From the NCBI GenBank assembly GCA_951406725.2, contig OX597822.1, positions 102,238,001 through 102,302,000 on the forward strand: 64,000 bases of DNA, given 5' to 3'. The number at the start of each line of letters is the position of its first letter. Position 1 is the first letter of the stretch. The DNA is from Octopus vulgaris (taxonomy: Eukaryota). The notes under the pieces are model-generated. The model made no database searches and was not told the origin of the DNA. It was given only the letters and a program-made list of their open reading frames with translations. A program made the translations under genes and the position numbers. Positions 53,358 to 64,000 of the stretch are shown here, piece after piece.

Positions 53358-56300
53358 TTAGTATGGCACATCATATGTGATGTGATGTGTAAAGTCATGT
53401 GGTGTAGTGAGGAGAAGAGGGGGAGGGGGAGAAGAGGGGGAGAGGGGGGAGAAGGGGAGGGGAAGAAGAGGGGGAGGAGAAGGGGGAGAGGAGAGGATGG
53501 GGGAGAAGGAAGGGGATGAGGGGGATGAAGGGGATGAAGGAGGAAAGAGGGAGAGGGGGAGAGAGGGAGTGAGGGAGCAGAGGGAAGGGGAAGAGGGAGG
53601 GAGAAAGAGGGAAGAAGGGAAGGGGAGTAGGGGTGAAAGGATGAAGGACTGAAGAAGTAGGGGTCGGGGGGAGAAAGGATAGGTGAGGAGGGGGGTGAGG
53701 TTAGATGAGGAGGGGGGAGAGTTGAGACCAAATGGCGTATAAGAGCGAAGAGAGAAGATTAATTCCTGTTCACGGCGCAAACGGGAATCCGGATGGCCTC
53801 TGTGTAAGGACAAACCGAACACAGATAGGTGTTGCAAGGAGTGACCGGTGGTGCGGAAATGGCGTGAGACCGGTGTGTCGTTCGCAAGGTGGATGTCACG
53901 AAGGTGTTCCGCGAACCGGTCAGCCAAGCGGCGTCCCGTTTGTCCGATGTACAAGGAATTGCAGAGAGAGCAAGAGATGCAATAGATAATATTGCTGGAG
54001 GTGCAGGTGAAGGAGTGGATGATGGGATAGGGTCGATGGTGGGTGCTAGTGAGGCGGGTGGTGTTGGAGAGGTAAGGGCAAGTCCGGCAACGTGGGCGGG
54101 AGCAGGGGAACGAGCCGGGTTGGGAGGTAGGGTCAGGGAAGGAGCTATGGACCAAAAGGTCTCGAAGGTTGTGGGCTCGTTTGAAAGAGGGGAGGGGTCG
54201 GTTAGGGAAGAGGTGTGAAGTGGACGGGTCGGACTGGAGATGACGGAAAGCTCGAAGAATGGTGCGTTGGAGACGTAGGGTCGTGGGGTGGTAAGTGAGG
54301 GGAAAAGGGAGGCGGGAGACTACAGGGCGGGTTCGGGGAGAGAGAGCAGATACACGGTCCACGGACCGTGCTCTGGCAAGGGCGGTGTGGATAGTGGTGA
54401 GGGGGTATCCACGTAGGGTGAAGTGGTGAGCCATACGTTGAGACTGAGTCTCAAAGTCATGGTCGTCACTACAGAGCCTACGTAGACGGAGGAATTGGGA
54501 ATAGGGGATGGAAAGCTTGGTGTGTTCTGGGTGGGAGGAAGAGAAGTTGAGGTATGAGTGTGAGTCTGTGTGTTTGTAGTGAATGGAGGTGGTAAGAGTG
54601 GAGTGAAGAATGCTAACCGAAATGTCGAGGAAGGAGACAGAGGTGTTGGAGATAGTGGAAGTGAAGTGGAGGGCTGGATGGAAAGATTGGACGAAAGAGA
54701 GGAAGGAATCTAGATGTTCGCGGGAGAGTGAGGTGGCACCGATAATGTCGTCAATATAACGACCATATAGTTCAGGAGTGGGACCAGTGAAATTAGAGAA
54801 TATTTGGGCCTCAACATAGCCAACGAACAGGTTCGCATAGTTGGGGCCCATTCGCGTTCCCATGGCCACTCCCGAGACCTGATGGTAGAACTCGCCCGCG
54901 AACGAGAAGCAGTTCAGAGTAAGGACAAGTTCGGCCAGACGAATGAGTGTGGAGGTGTCAGGTACAGGGTTAGAGCGGAGGTCAAGAAAGTGTCGAAGGG
55001 CCTGCAGTCCTTCGTGGTGAGGGATAACAGTATAGAGGCTTTGGATGTCCATAGTAAAAAGGATTTTGGAGGAGCCGGGAGGAAAGGAGAAAGAGTTGAA
55101 AAGCCGGAGAGCATGGTTGGTATCGTGGATGTGGGAGGGAAGAGATGCCACTAGGGGGGCAAGGACACGGTCGAGGTATTTAGAGATGAGCTCCGTGGGG
55201 CAGTTACAGGCGGAGACGATGGGGCGGCCAGGGTTGTTGGGTTTGTGGATTTTGGGGAGGAAGTAAATGGTGGGGGTACGTGGGGTTCGCACAATTAGGT
55301 TGGATGCGGTGCGGGGGAGACGGGAGGACGAGATGAGGTCTTGGACAGTAGAGGATACCGTCTGTTGGTAGCTACGTGTGGGGTTAGAGGGCAGAGGGGA
55401 ATAGAAGGAGGTGTCATTGAGTTGGCGGAAAGCCTCGGCCCTATAGAGGTCCGCGCGCACACCACTACAGCTCCACCCTTGTCAGCCGGTTTGATGATAA
55501 TGTCAGCGCGCCGTTGGAGGGAACGAAGAGCCAAGAGTTCAGCCGGGGAGATGTTGAGGCGGCGTTGGCGCCTGGAGAAGTTGAACCGCTCCAATGCACG
55601 CTAACAAGCGCCCGCGAAAAGATCCACTGCTAGGATCTGGCCAGGGGCAGGCGTCCACGGGGATGGTCGTCGGCCCAGGCCAGTGAAGCAGTCGTCCTCT
55701 TCGTTGGGTGTGGGTGGTGAGTCGTGGTAATGCGCACCCAACCGGACACGGCGCACAAAGCTGTGGACATCAACTCGCGTCTGGAATTCCTTACAGGATG
55801 GAGTGAGGGGGATGAAACGCAGACCCCTACCAAGGACGGAGCGTTCAGCCGCAGAGAGGGGAAGATCGGGGGGAATGGTAACAACAGACGGAAGTGGAGA
55901 AGGGGTGGATGGAATAGAAGTAGGAGGGGTGGTAGGTCTCGTGGAGGTCTGAGGGGGAGGGATTGGAGAGGTGTGTGGGGGGTGGTTGGGCGGGGCAGTA
56001 GGGTTAGGTGTAGGTGGATGGAGCCTAACGGGAGGGGAGAAGGGGTTGTAGGGAGGGGCAGTGGGGTTAGGTGTGGGTGGATGGAGCCTATCGGGAGGGG
56101 AGAAGGGTGGTGGAGGAGTTGGGGTAGTGGCGTCGGGTAGGGTGGAATGGAAGAGTGATTGGAGTTTACGAAGTTTGGTATCAGAAAGAAATTGATGGAA
56201 GAGTTGATTCAAATGGATAATGAAGCGTAGCGTGTTTGGAGCATAGAGAGGCGGCAGAGAGGAGAAGAAGGTGGAGAAAGCAGGAGGAAGAAGGCGGTTG

Positions 56301-56609
56301 ATGGCATGTAGTTTGGAGAGATTGGAGCGAATGGTGGCCCGCATAAGGCGGTAAGATGTGGTGCGGAGTATGGGTAAGATGGAAGAATCCGAGTGGAGAG
56401 CAGGGTGGAAGTGGAGGCGGAAACCTTTAGGGATGAGTCGGTGATGTGGGCAGCGGCTTAGGAAAGAGACATGGCTAGAGAAGCGGGTTTTTTTTAAAAA
56501 GAAGTAGAGAGAGATTAACGGACGGCTGAAGGCAATATACAGGAAGCGAACGTAGATGATCCTTCAAACGGTGATGGAGGGTGAGGAGGTAGGACCTAGG
56601 ATCCGGCAT
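53358..56609 (-). pseudogene. PLE polyprotein: N-terminal domain, reverse transcriptase, Cys linker, GIY-YIG endonuclease
   Basis: ATG 56609; FLSRC...IPKGF; KPADKGG; LPKIHK..PGRPIVS; MDIQSLYT; GVAMG; RYIDD; CSRPRCRTC; NIIYCISC..C..LYIGQTGR. Lesions: extra A in the run at ~56490, TAG at 55601-55603, 1-nt deletion near 55458. Confidence 0.9.
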
Positions 56610-57330
56610 GATGGGATAGCGGAAAAAAAACGTTCGAAAAAACAAAAAAAAACAAAAAACAAAAATTATCGTATGAAAAAAATAGAAAAAAAGGATAGCG
56701 AAAAAGGGGAAAAAACAAACGTTCAAAAAAACAAAATAATAATAATCGTATGAAAAAACTAGATAAGTAAGCGATAGGGGCAGAAAAGACGGGGCAAACG
56801 GAAAAGGGAAAGAAAGAAGGGAAGCAGAGAGAGGGGGAGGCAAAAAAAGGGGGTGCAGGCAGAGGAAACGGAGTATGGACATCCAGAGAGGGAAGAAAGA
56901 CGGAAAGGAGAACAAAAATTCAGGGAAATGTGGGAAGCATGAAATGAATGTAAAAAAAGTGGTAATATAAGAGGAAATAAAAATACAACAAACGGGACAG
57001 TTTATGCGAACAAGTTCAAGGTTGAAAGTTCAAGGTGAGAAATGTGTAGACGTCGTGGTATATTTTTTAAGGATTTCACATCAATGCAAAGTCACTTTGA
57101 TCCGCGAAAGAGAGGTGCAGCCAATGGTAAGTATCCAAGAGGTAAAGAAAATCCAAGGTAGAGGTAAGTGTTGATAGTGGTATTGGTAGAATATAGGATG
57201 AAAGTGAGACCACGTGAGCGCATAATATATAACGGGAAGCTTTATGAAAATAAACAAAAGACGAAGGCAGGTGGAAAACAAACGAACAATTGTATTAGTA
57301 TGGCGCTCAGGAAATATAAATAAAACAAGT

Positions 57331-57366
57331 CTTTAACGTTTCGAGCCTACGCTCTTCAACAGAAAG
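57331..57366 (-). ncRNA. Minimal hammerhead variant in the 5' pLTR
   Basis: Identical to 52821-52856 and 21465-21500. Confidence 0.65.
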
Positions 57367-59560
57367 ATACACAGAGAGAGAAAAACACAGAAAGAAGGAG
57401 AGAAAATAAATGCGTGCAGTAGCTAACGAATCAACATGGCGATCTGATTTCGGCCAGAGGTCAAAGATCAAACATGAGACGCGAGAGCGAAATAAGGGGA
57501 GATAATAGGGTTGATAAAAGGGTTGAGGGACCAGCTAAAAGTGCGTGGGAGGGGTCTGGATGTGTGTATGTATAGGGTTGGTGTATGTATTAGTATGTAT
57601 AAGGGTGTGTGTGTGTGTGTGTGTGTGTATGAGAGAGTATTAGTGCGTAAGATTGGTCTGGACGTGCGTATGTATGGGGTTGGTGTATGTATTAGTATGT
57701 ACTAGTATGTATTAGTACGTATTGGTATGTATAGGTGTGTGTGTGTGTGTGTGTGAGAGAGTATAAGTGCGTATGCGGGGTCTGGACGTGTGTATGTATA
57801 GGGTTGGTGTAAGTATTAGTATGTACTAGTATGTATTAGTACGTATTAGTATGTATTAGTTGGTGTGTGTATTAGTATGGCACATCATATGTGATGTGAT
57901 GTGTAAAGTCATGTGGTGTAGTGAGGAGAAGAGGGGGAGGGGGAGAAGAGGGGGAAGAGGGGGGAGATAAGGGGAGGGGAAGAAGAGGGGGAGGGGAAGA
58001 AGGGGAGAGGAGAGGATGGGGGAGAAGGAAGGGGATGAGGGGGATGAAGGGGATGAAGGAGGAAAGAGGGAGAGGGGGAGAGAGAAGGGGAGAGAGGGAG
58101 TGAGGGAGCAGAGGGAAGGGGAAGAGGGAGATGCGTATATATGCTTATATGTATTTATATATAGTAAGCCAGATACCGAATTTCTCTATGTAAAGGCTGG
58201 TTCCTTCAGATGGTACGTTTTATGGTAAATTTCCTTTAACTCCCATCCGACGTTAGTTTTTTTCTTGGCTACTTAGAGTGTAAAGTACAATAAAAATAAT
58301 AAACCAACTGTAAATACACATAAAGTTTGAATTTCAAATTTTTAATTATCCTTATAATCAATATTGTATCTATATATATATGTGTACATATGTGTATATG
58401 TATGTGTATGTCTATGTTTGTGTGTGTGTAGTGGACATATGTAGACGTATGTGACAACATAGGTATGTGGACATGTCGAAGACTGTATGTCTTTGTGTCT
58501 GCGTTTGCCCCCCCCCCCTGCTTGACAATCGGTGCCGGTGTGTTTACGTCCCCATAACTCAGCGGTTCGGCAAAAGAGACCAACAGAATAGGTACTAGGT
58601 TTAAAAAAATAAGTCTTGAGATTATCTTGTTCGACTGAAATCCTTCAAGACGGTACCCCTGTACGGCCACTGTCAAATGACTGAAACAAGTAGAAAATAT
58701 ATAGTTATTAGTAAAGGATTATCAATCTGGGAAAATACTTCTCAAGCTCTCTGTTGATACAAATACACCAGAGTACCAAAAAGTTTTGAGATTGGTATAG
58801 AACCCCTGCTAATCCTAAGAGAAGATCCAAAGTTGAAGTTTATCACCAATCGACTTAGTAAATCCATGGTTGCATTCTGCAATTGATATGGGATTTTTTT
58901 CTGAGTGATTTACAAGAAAAGGCCTAAATAAGGCTTTACATAATTAATTATTTTTGAATCGTACACTTACAGCTAGTTTTCATATGCATTAACGGTGCAT
59001 TCCTAGTTCTGTATGTTCAATCGGTCGACTGAAAGAATTGAACGACCTTAACAAATAGTATCATTTTCAGAGGCCGCGCACCGTGTGGTAAATTATACGA
59101 AAACGAAAGCAATACAGAGAGGGAAAGAGGAGTGAAGAAAAAGAACAAAATAGAAGAGGTGAGAAAAAAGAAGAAAGAAGGAAAATGAGAGAGAAGAAAC
59201 CAGAAAATGAAGGGAGGAGATTGAATAGAAGCTGGTGACCGTTATATTTACAAAGAAACTATGTCATCCTTCTCAAGTCATCAACCTTGACTAATCTAGT
59301 CTGTTACCAAAACCGAACATATCAACATGTGGTATTGAAATTTGATACACGTCACATTCTCTAGTGGTTTACTTTTAGTTAAATTTTACATCTAGATCAT
59401 TATTACTTGGATTACTATTACATTATGGTTGTTGTTGTTGTTGTTGTCGTCGTCGTCGTCGTCATCGTCGGTGTAGCATGTTTAGATTGTGCTTCTTTAA
59501 GATAGCTTTATTTCTCTAAATATTCAAAGTAATGCGGGAATTTCTATAGGACGTTAAAAA

Positions 59561-61042
59561 TCTATATACATAAATGGCAATTTCTGTCTGTTTGTGGCTC
59601 TGTATGTGTTTGTGAATTTGTTACTTCAACCCCTCCGAGACTATCCAACCGATCATGATGAAACTTGACACGTGTGAGGGTCTTATGCCCATGCAGTCAC
59701 TTACGCACTAGCAATTTTTAAAAAAAAACACGATAATTTTAAATCAGCATCGATTTTTCAAAAATCAATAGGACATTTCAATGCAACTTCTCTTATGAAT
59801 GTTATTTTCTGCCATAACTTTTAAAGTTTTCAACCGATTTTCTTGAAATTTTATACACAGATGGAACATGCACTAAGGACGGGTTGAGACAAATAAATTT
59901 TTACCTAGGCCACTCAAGCAAAGCGTAAGGTGACTTTTGATTTACTGATTAACGAAATTTGGCCTAATTTGTTGTGGGGTTAAAATATTCATAAAATATT
60001 CCAGATTTCTCAGGTTGCCGTAAAATGTATTTTCTTAACACCTGCACTTAAAATTATCGATTCTAAACGTTGCAACGTTGTCGGTTCTGACTGTTGCAAT
60101 CGATGTTTGATTCTCACGATCAGTGGAACTATAACCATGAAACACAGTCGTCAAATTAAGTACATGTGCTCTTAAAATTTTTTCTCGGGTTGCAAGAGAA
60201 TTTGTCCAAAAATAACAAAAATCGTCATTTTTGTACGCTTTTGATTCCTTATCATAGCGTCTTACGACTGTTATGACTTCCACGTTGTCGCCTCTGCATT
60301 CCATTTGTTTTTGTAAGTATAAAATCTCTTTTCTCTAAATAATTTTTTATTTACTTTTCAAACCTTTTTGTTTGTTTTTTTTTTGTTGTTTTTTTTTGTT
60401 TTGTTTTTTTCATAGCTCTCCTTTACAATTCCCTTCTTGATGCTTCCATTGATTATATATTTTTGCAGCTTTCCACTCATCTGACCAAACGATTCCATAC
60501 GTATTTATTTATATTACTAGGAGGCGCAATGGCCCAGTGGTTAGGGCAGCGGACTCGCGGTCGTAGGATCGCGGTTTCTATTCCCAGACCGGGCGTTGTG
60601 AGTGTTTATTGAGCGAAAACACCTAAAGCTCCACGAGGCTCCGGCAGGGGATGGTGGTGATCCCTGCTGTACTCTTTCACCACAACTTTCTCTCACTCTT
60701 ACTTCCTGTTTCTGTTGTACCTGTATTTCAAAGGGCCAGCCTTGTCACTCTCTGTGTCACGCTGAATATCCCCGAGAACTACGTTAAGGGTACAAGTGTC
60801 TGTGGAGTGCTCAGCCACTTACACGTTAATTTCACGAGCAGGCTGTTCCGTTGATCGGATCAACCGGAACCCTCATCGTCGTAACCGACGGAGTGCTTCC
60901 ACATTTATATTACTATTTCGTGAATGAATTTGCTTACACCTTCTATTATCTGTCCTATGTGATGATTTCATTTTCCATCTGAGAGAAATTAGGCTACTGG
61001 GAATATTCCCGTTCCCGGGTATTACCGGGTATCTCCGCTAGT
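59561..61042 (-). mobile_element. Helentron/HINE-like element with nested SINE
   Basis: On the minus strand it starts ACTAGCGGAGATACCCGGTAATACCCGGG and ends ...ACAGACAG...TATATAGA; same architecture as 24989-25750. Confidence 0.5.
60520..60903 (+). mobile_element. tRNA-derived SINE, family D, tail type 1
   Basis: GGCGCAATGGCCCAGTGGTTAGGGCAGCGGACTCGCGGTCG head with A-box and B-box-like motif; head shared with 62460-62756. Confidence 0.75.
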
Positions 61043-61265
61043 AAAAAATAAAATGGAAAAAATAGAGGGGTTAGAAATTAAGAAAATTAAATGCCAATAC
61101 AATAAGGCAAAATAAAGGATAAATGGTAAGATAAGAAAGTAAAGATAAAATGATACCAAGCCAAAAATAAAAACAGACTACGTAAAGATAAACAACATAC
61201 GGCAAACAAATATACAACTATAATATTTTATTTATCCCTTAATTTGTTGCTTTTGTATACACATA

Positions 61266-61672
61266 TAGGCGCAGGAGTGACTGTGAGGTAAGTAGCTTGC
61301 TAACCAACCACATGGTTCAGGGTTCAGTCCCACTGCGTGGCATCTTGGGCAAGTGTCTTCTGCTATAGCCCCGGGCCGACCAATGCCTTGTGAGTGGATT
61401 TGGTAGACGGAAACTGAAAGAAGCCTGTCGTATATATGTATATATATATATGTGTGTGTTTGTGTGTCTGTGTTTGTCCCCCTAGCATCGCTTGACAACA
61501 GATGCTGGTGTGTTTACGTCCCCGTCACTTAGCGGTTCGGCAAAAAAGAGACTGATAGAATAAGTACTGGGCTTACAAAGAATAAGTCCCGGGGTCGATT
61601 TGCTCGACTAAAGGCGGTGCTCCAGCATGGCCGCAGTCAAATGACTGAAACAAGTAAAAGAGTAAAAGAGTA
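61266..61672 (+). mobile_element. SINE family A, full length
   Basis: Complete head, core, TA/TG tract and AAAAGAGT-repeat tail. Confidence 0.9.
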
Positions 61673-62119
61673 AATAGAATACAAGAAATAAAATCAAATA
61701 AACAGGGTGATATATAGTTGATTGTGGGACACATTCAGATACATTGAATTACAATACAATGACATAAAGAGCATGAACTTACACGCACTAGAAGGAACAA
61801 AAGCTTTTGTATAATATTTTCTTAAAAGGAACAAGGGCTTTTGTGTAATAATGTGACTGGCATGTTCAATGATAAAGAAAATAACTAAATAAATAAATGA
61901 AATAATAAAGAAAATTATAAATAAAATATAGAAATAATAAATAAATATGAAATAGATACAAGATAAAATCTGAAAAAAAGGAATAGAAAAACATTGAGTT
62001 ATAGGAACTATGAACGCGCCTATTACGGCTATAAGAAACAGCCGTAGGTCTACGATGCACAAATAATAAGTAACTATGTAAATTTCATCACTTATGCCTT
62101 TTCTTGCATGTATATTTTT

Positions 62120-62232
<113 letters not shown>

Positions 62233-62290
62233 ATATATATATCTATATATATATATATGTGTGTTTGTATATATATATATATATATATAT

Positions 62291-62414
62291 AACGGGAAGC
62301 TTTATGAAAATAAACAAAAGACGAAGGCAGGTGGAAAACAAACGAACAATTGTATTAGTATGGCGCTCAGGAAATATAAATAAAACAAGTCTTTAACGTT
62401 TCGAGCCTACGCTC

Positions 62415-62418
<4 letters not shown>
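62291..62418 (-). mobile_element. 128-bp 3'-terminal fragment of the Neptune-type PLE within (TA)n
   Basis: Matches 52721-52848; truncated inside the hammerhead core. Confidence 0.9.
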
Positions 62419-62459
<41 letters not shown>

Positions 62460-62460
<1 letters not shown>

Positions 62461-62754
62461 TGGAGGCGCAATGGCCCAGTGGTCAGGGCAGCGGACTCGC
62501 GGTCGTAGGATCGCTGTTTCGATTCCCAGACCGGGCGTTGTGAGTGTTTATTGAGCAAAAACACCTAAAAGTTCCGGCAGGGGGCGGTGATCCCTGCTGT
62601 ACTCTTTCACCACTCTTTCTCCCACTCTTTCTTCTGTTGGCCTGCTCGCTTAGCCAGCGGGGTGGCGTCATTCGAAGGCTAAAACAATGCGAACGCCTTG
62701 TGACCAGCAATGTGTAACAACATCTGATGGTCTGGTCTGTCACGTGATCACGTG

Positions 62755-62756
<2 letters not shown>
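62460..62756 (+). mobile_element. tRNA-derived SINE, family D, tail type 2
   Basis: Shares about 150 bp of 5' sequence with 60520-60903, then diverges. Confidence 0.75.
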
Positions 62757-62791
<35 letters not shown>

Positions 62792-63115
62792 CGTACTTGC
62801 ATAGCGAGTGACTTGATCTGAGATCGTGTGCAGGAAAGAAAACAATTGCAGCGTGAAAGGTGTTTATAAATCATTTAAGAAACACACAAAAACCGTTAGA
62901 TTCTGATGCAGCACGGAATTTAGTCAGTGAACAGGTCTCGGTCTCAAAGCGACGAAAATATTTTGGCAACTTAGATTTAAATGTTGAAGTGAATCTAATG
63001 GTTTTGAAAACGAAAGCAATACAGAGAGGGAAAGAGGAGTGAAGAAAAAGAAAAGAAAAAGAACAAAATAGAAGAGGTGAGAAAAAAGAAGAAAGAAGCA
63101 AAATGAAGGAAGGAG

Positions 63116-63208
<93 letters not shown>

Positions 63209-63574
63209 ACACAAATGCATACATATATATACATGCATATACAGGTTAACTAAGGTCAAGAATTTGTATATTAATTTTCATTAGTACCAGACGACTGTTT
63301 GGTTTATTGTTTGGTTGGCTGGGTTATTTTGTTTTGTTTGCAACAAAAGGCATTTCATGAGAATTTCTCTACCCTTTCTGACAAAGACTTGTCTGATGTT
63401 ATTATTAACTCCAGTGAATCAAATATTATGAAAGAATTACGACTGAAACAGTATATATATATATATATATATATAAGAAAAAAGGTTTGAAAATGCAATT
63501 TAAACGATGTTTATTTACTTAACCGGTTTCACTCTTTGGTAAAAGATTGTCAAAAGTTACATTTAAGGAAACAT

Positions 63575-63800
63575 TGAATAATATGGGTTCAAAAAAAGTT
63601 TTTTACATAATTGTCACATTGAATATTATGCATTCAAAAAAGTTTTTTACATAATTGTCACATTGGATATTATGGGTTCAAAAAAGTTTTTTACATAATT
63701 GTCACATTGAATATTATGCATTCAAAAAAGTTTTTTACATAATTGTCACATTGGATATTATGAATTCAAAAATGTTTTTTTATACATAATTGTCACATTA
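63575..63800. repeat. ~44-bp tandem repeat, about 5 copies
   Basis: TATTATG..TTCAAAAAAGTTTTTTACATAATTGTCACATTG.A units read directly. Confidence 0.85.
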
Positions 63801-64000
63801 TTTGGGAAAATTTGGCAGAAAAGGATAAAACAAATATATTATTGGGAATTGGTTGCGTTAATTATTGGTTGTCGCAAATTGTCACATTACATGTATATAT
63901 ATACAATCTTTGGTATATATATACAGCGTTTTGACAGCAAAAATTAAAATGGCTTTTTTGTACATCTCAGAATATTTTAAGTATGTTTTTACTGACCTGT

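Larger units (their letters stand above)
52721..58130 (-). mobile_element. Penelope-like retroelement (Neptune-type) with two pseudo-LTRs
   Basis: Direct repeats 52721-53599 and 57231-58130 enclose an RT-GIY-YIG ORF; 3' end abuts (TA)n; hammerhead motif in each pLTR. Clade call rests on the Cys-rich linker. Confidence 0.92.

Noticed and set aside
55601-55603. Selenocysteine or read-through codon in the PLE
   Set aside because: The codon is TAG, not TGA; most likely a single nonsense mutation.
53407-56140. Plus-strand G/E/R-rich ORFs opposite the PLE
   Set aside because: Antisense shadows of the C-rich PLE coding strand and pLTR purine tract.
56480-56505. Programmed frameshift at TTTTTAAAAAAAAC in the PLE ORF
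   Set aside because: The required shift is +1, not the -1 typical of such sites; a homopolymer indel or sequencing error is simpler and the copy has other lesions.
58720-58885. Possible minus-strand exon after a TTGCAG acceptor
   Set aside because: Weak pyrimidine tract, frames close early, no recognisable peptide or partner exons.
60520-60595. tRNA gene
   Set aside because: tRNA-like SINE head without a complete cloverleaf or T-run terminator; continues into repeat body. The same applies to families A and B.
63515-63560. Additional hammerhead (GAAACCGGTT on the minus strand)
   Set aside because: The core reads UUGACAA rather than CUGANGA; at best a decayed copy, not counted.

Overview
AT-rich, repeat-saturated animal genomic DNA. 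The SINE/LINE complement and long (TA)n, (TAA)n and (TACA)n tracts point to an octopus or other cephalopod (inference). The only host coding sequence I can support is three + strand exons (1475-1605, 8143-8296, 11305-11453) that splice in frame into the C-terminal half of a HAX1-like protein. The rest is mobile DNA: a near-complete Neptune-type Penelope-like element (PLE; RT + GIY-YIG, two ~0.9 kb pseudo-LTRs, 52721-58130), a Dong/R4-type RLE retrotransposon (35310-39340) interrupted by a second Dong 3' fragment, other Dong/CR1/RTE/L1-Tx1/PLE/mariner relics, three solo LTRs, Helentron-like elements and at least four SINE families. The most striking feature not in the ORF track is about 15 hammerhead-ribozyme motifs (CUGANGA...GAAA) from about 10 unrelated sequence families. 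Most have a self-complementary stem III and lie in short elements inserted in (TA)n tracts, often as inverted or tandem pairs. All structures were folded by eye; no searches were run.
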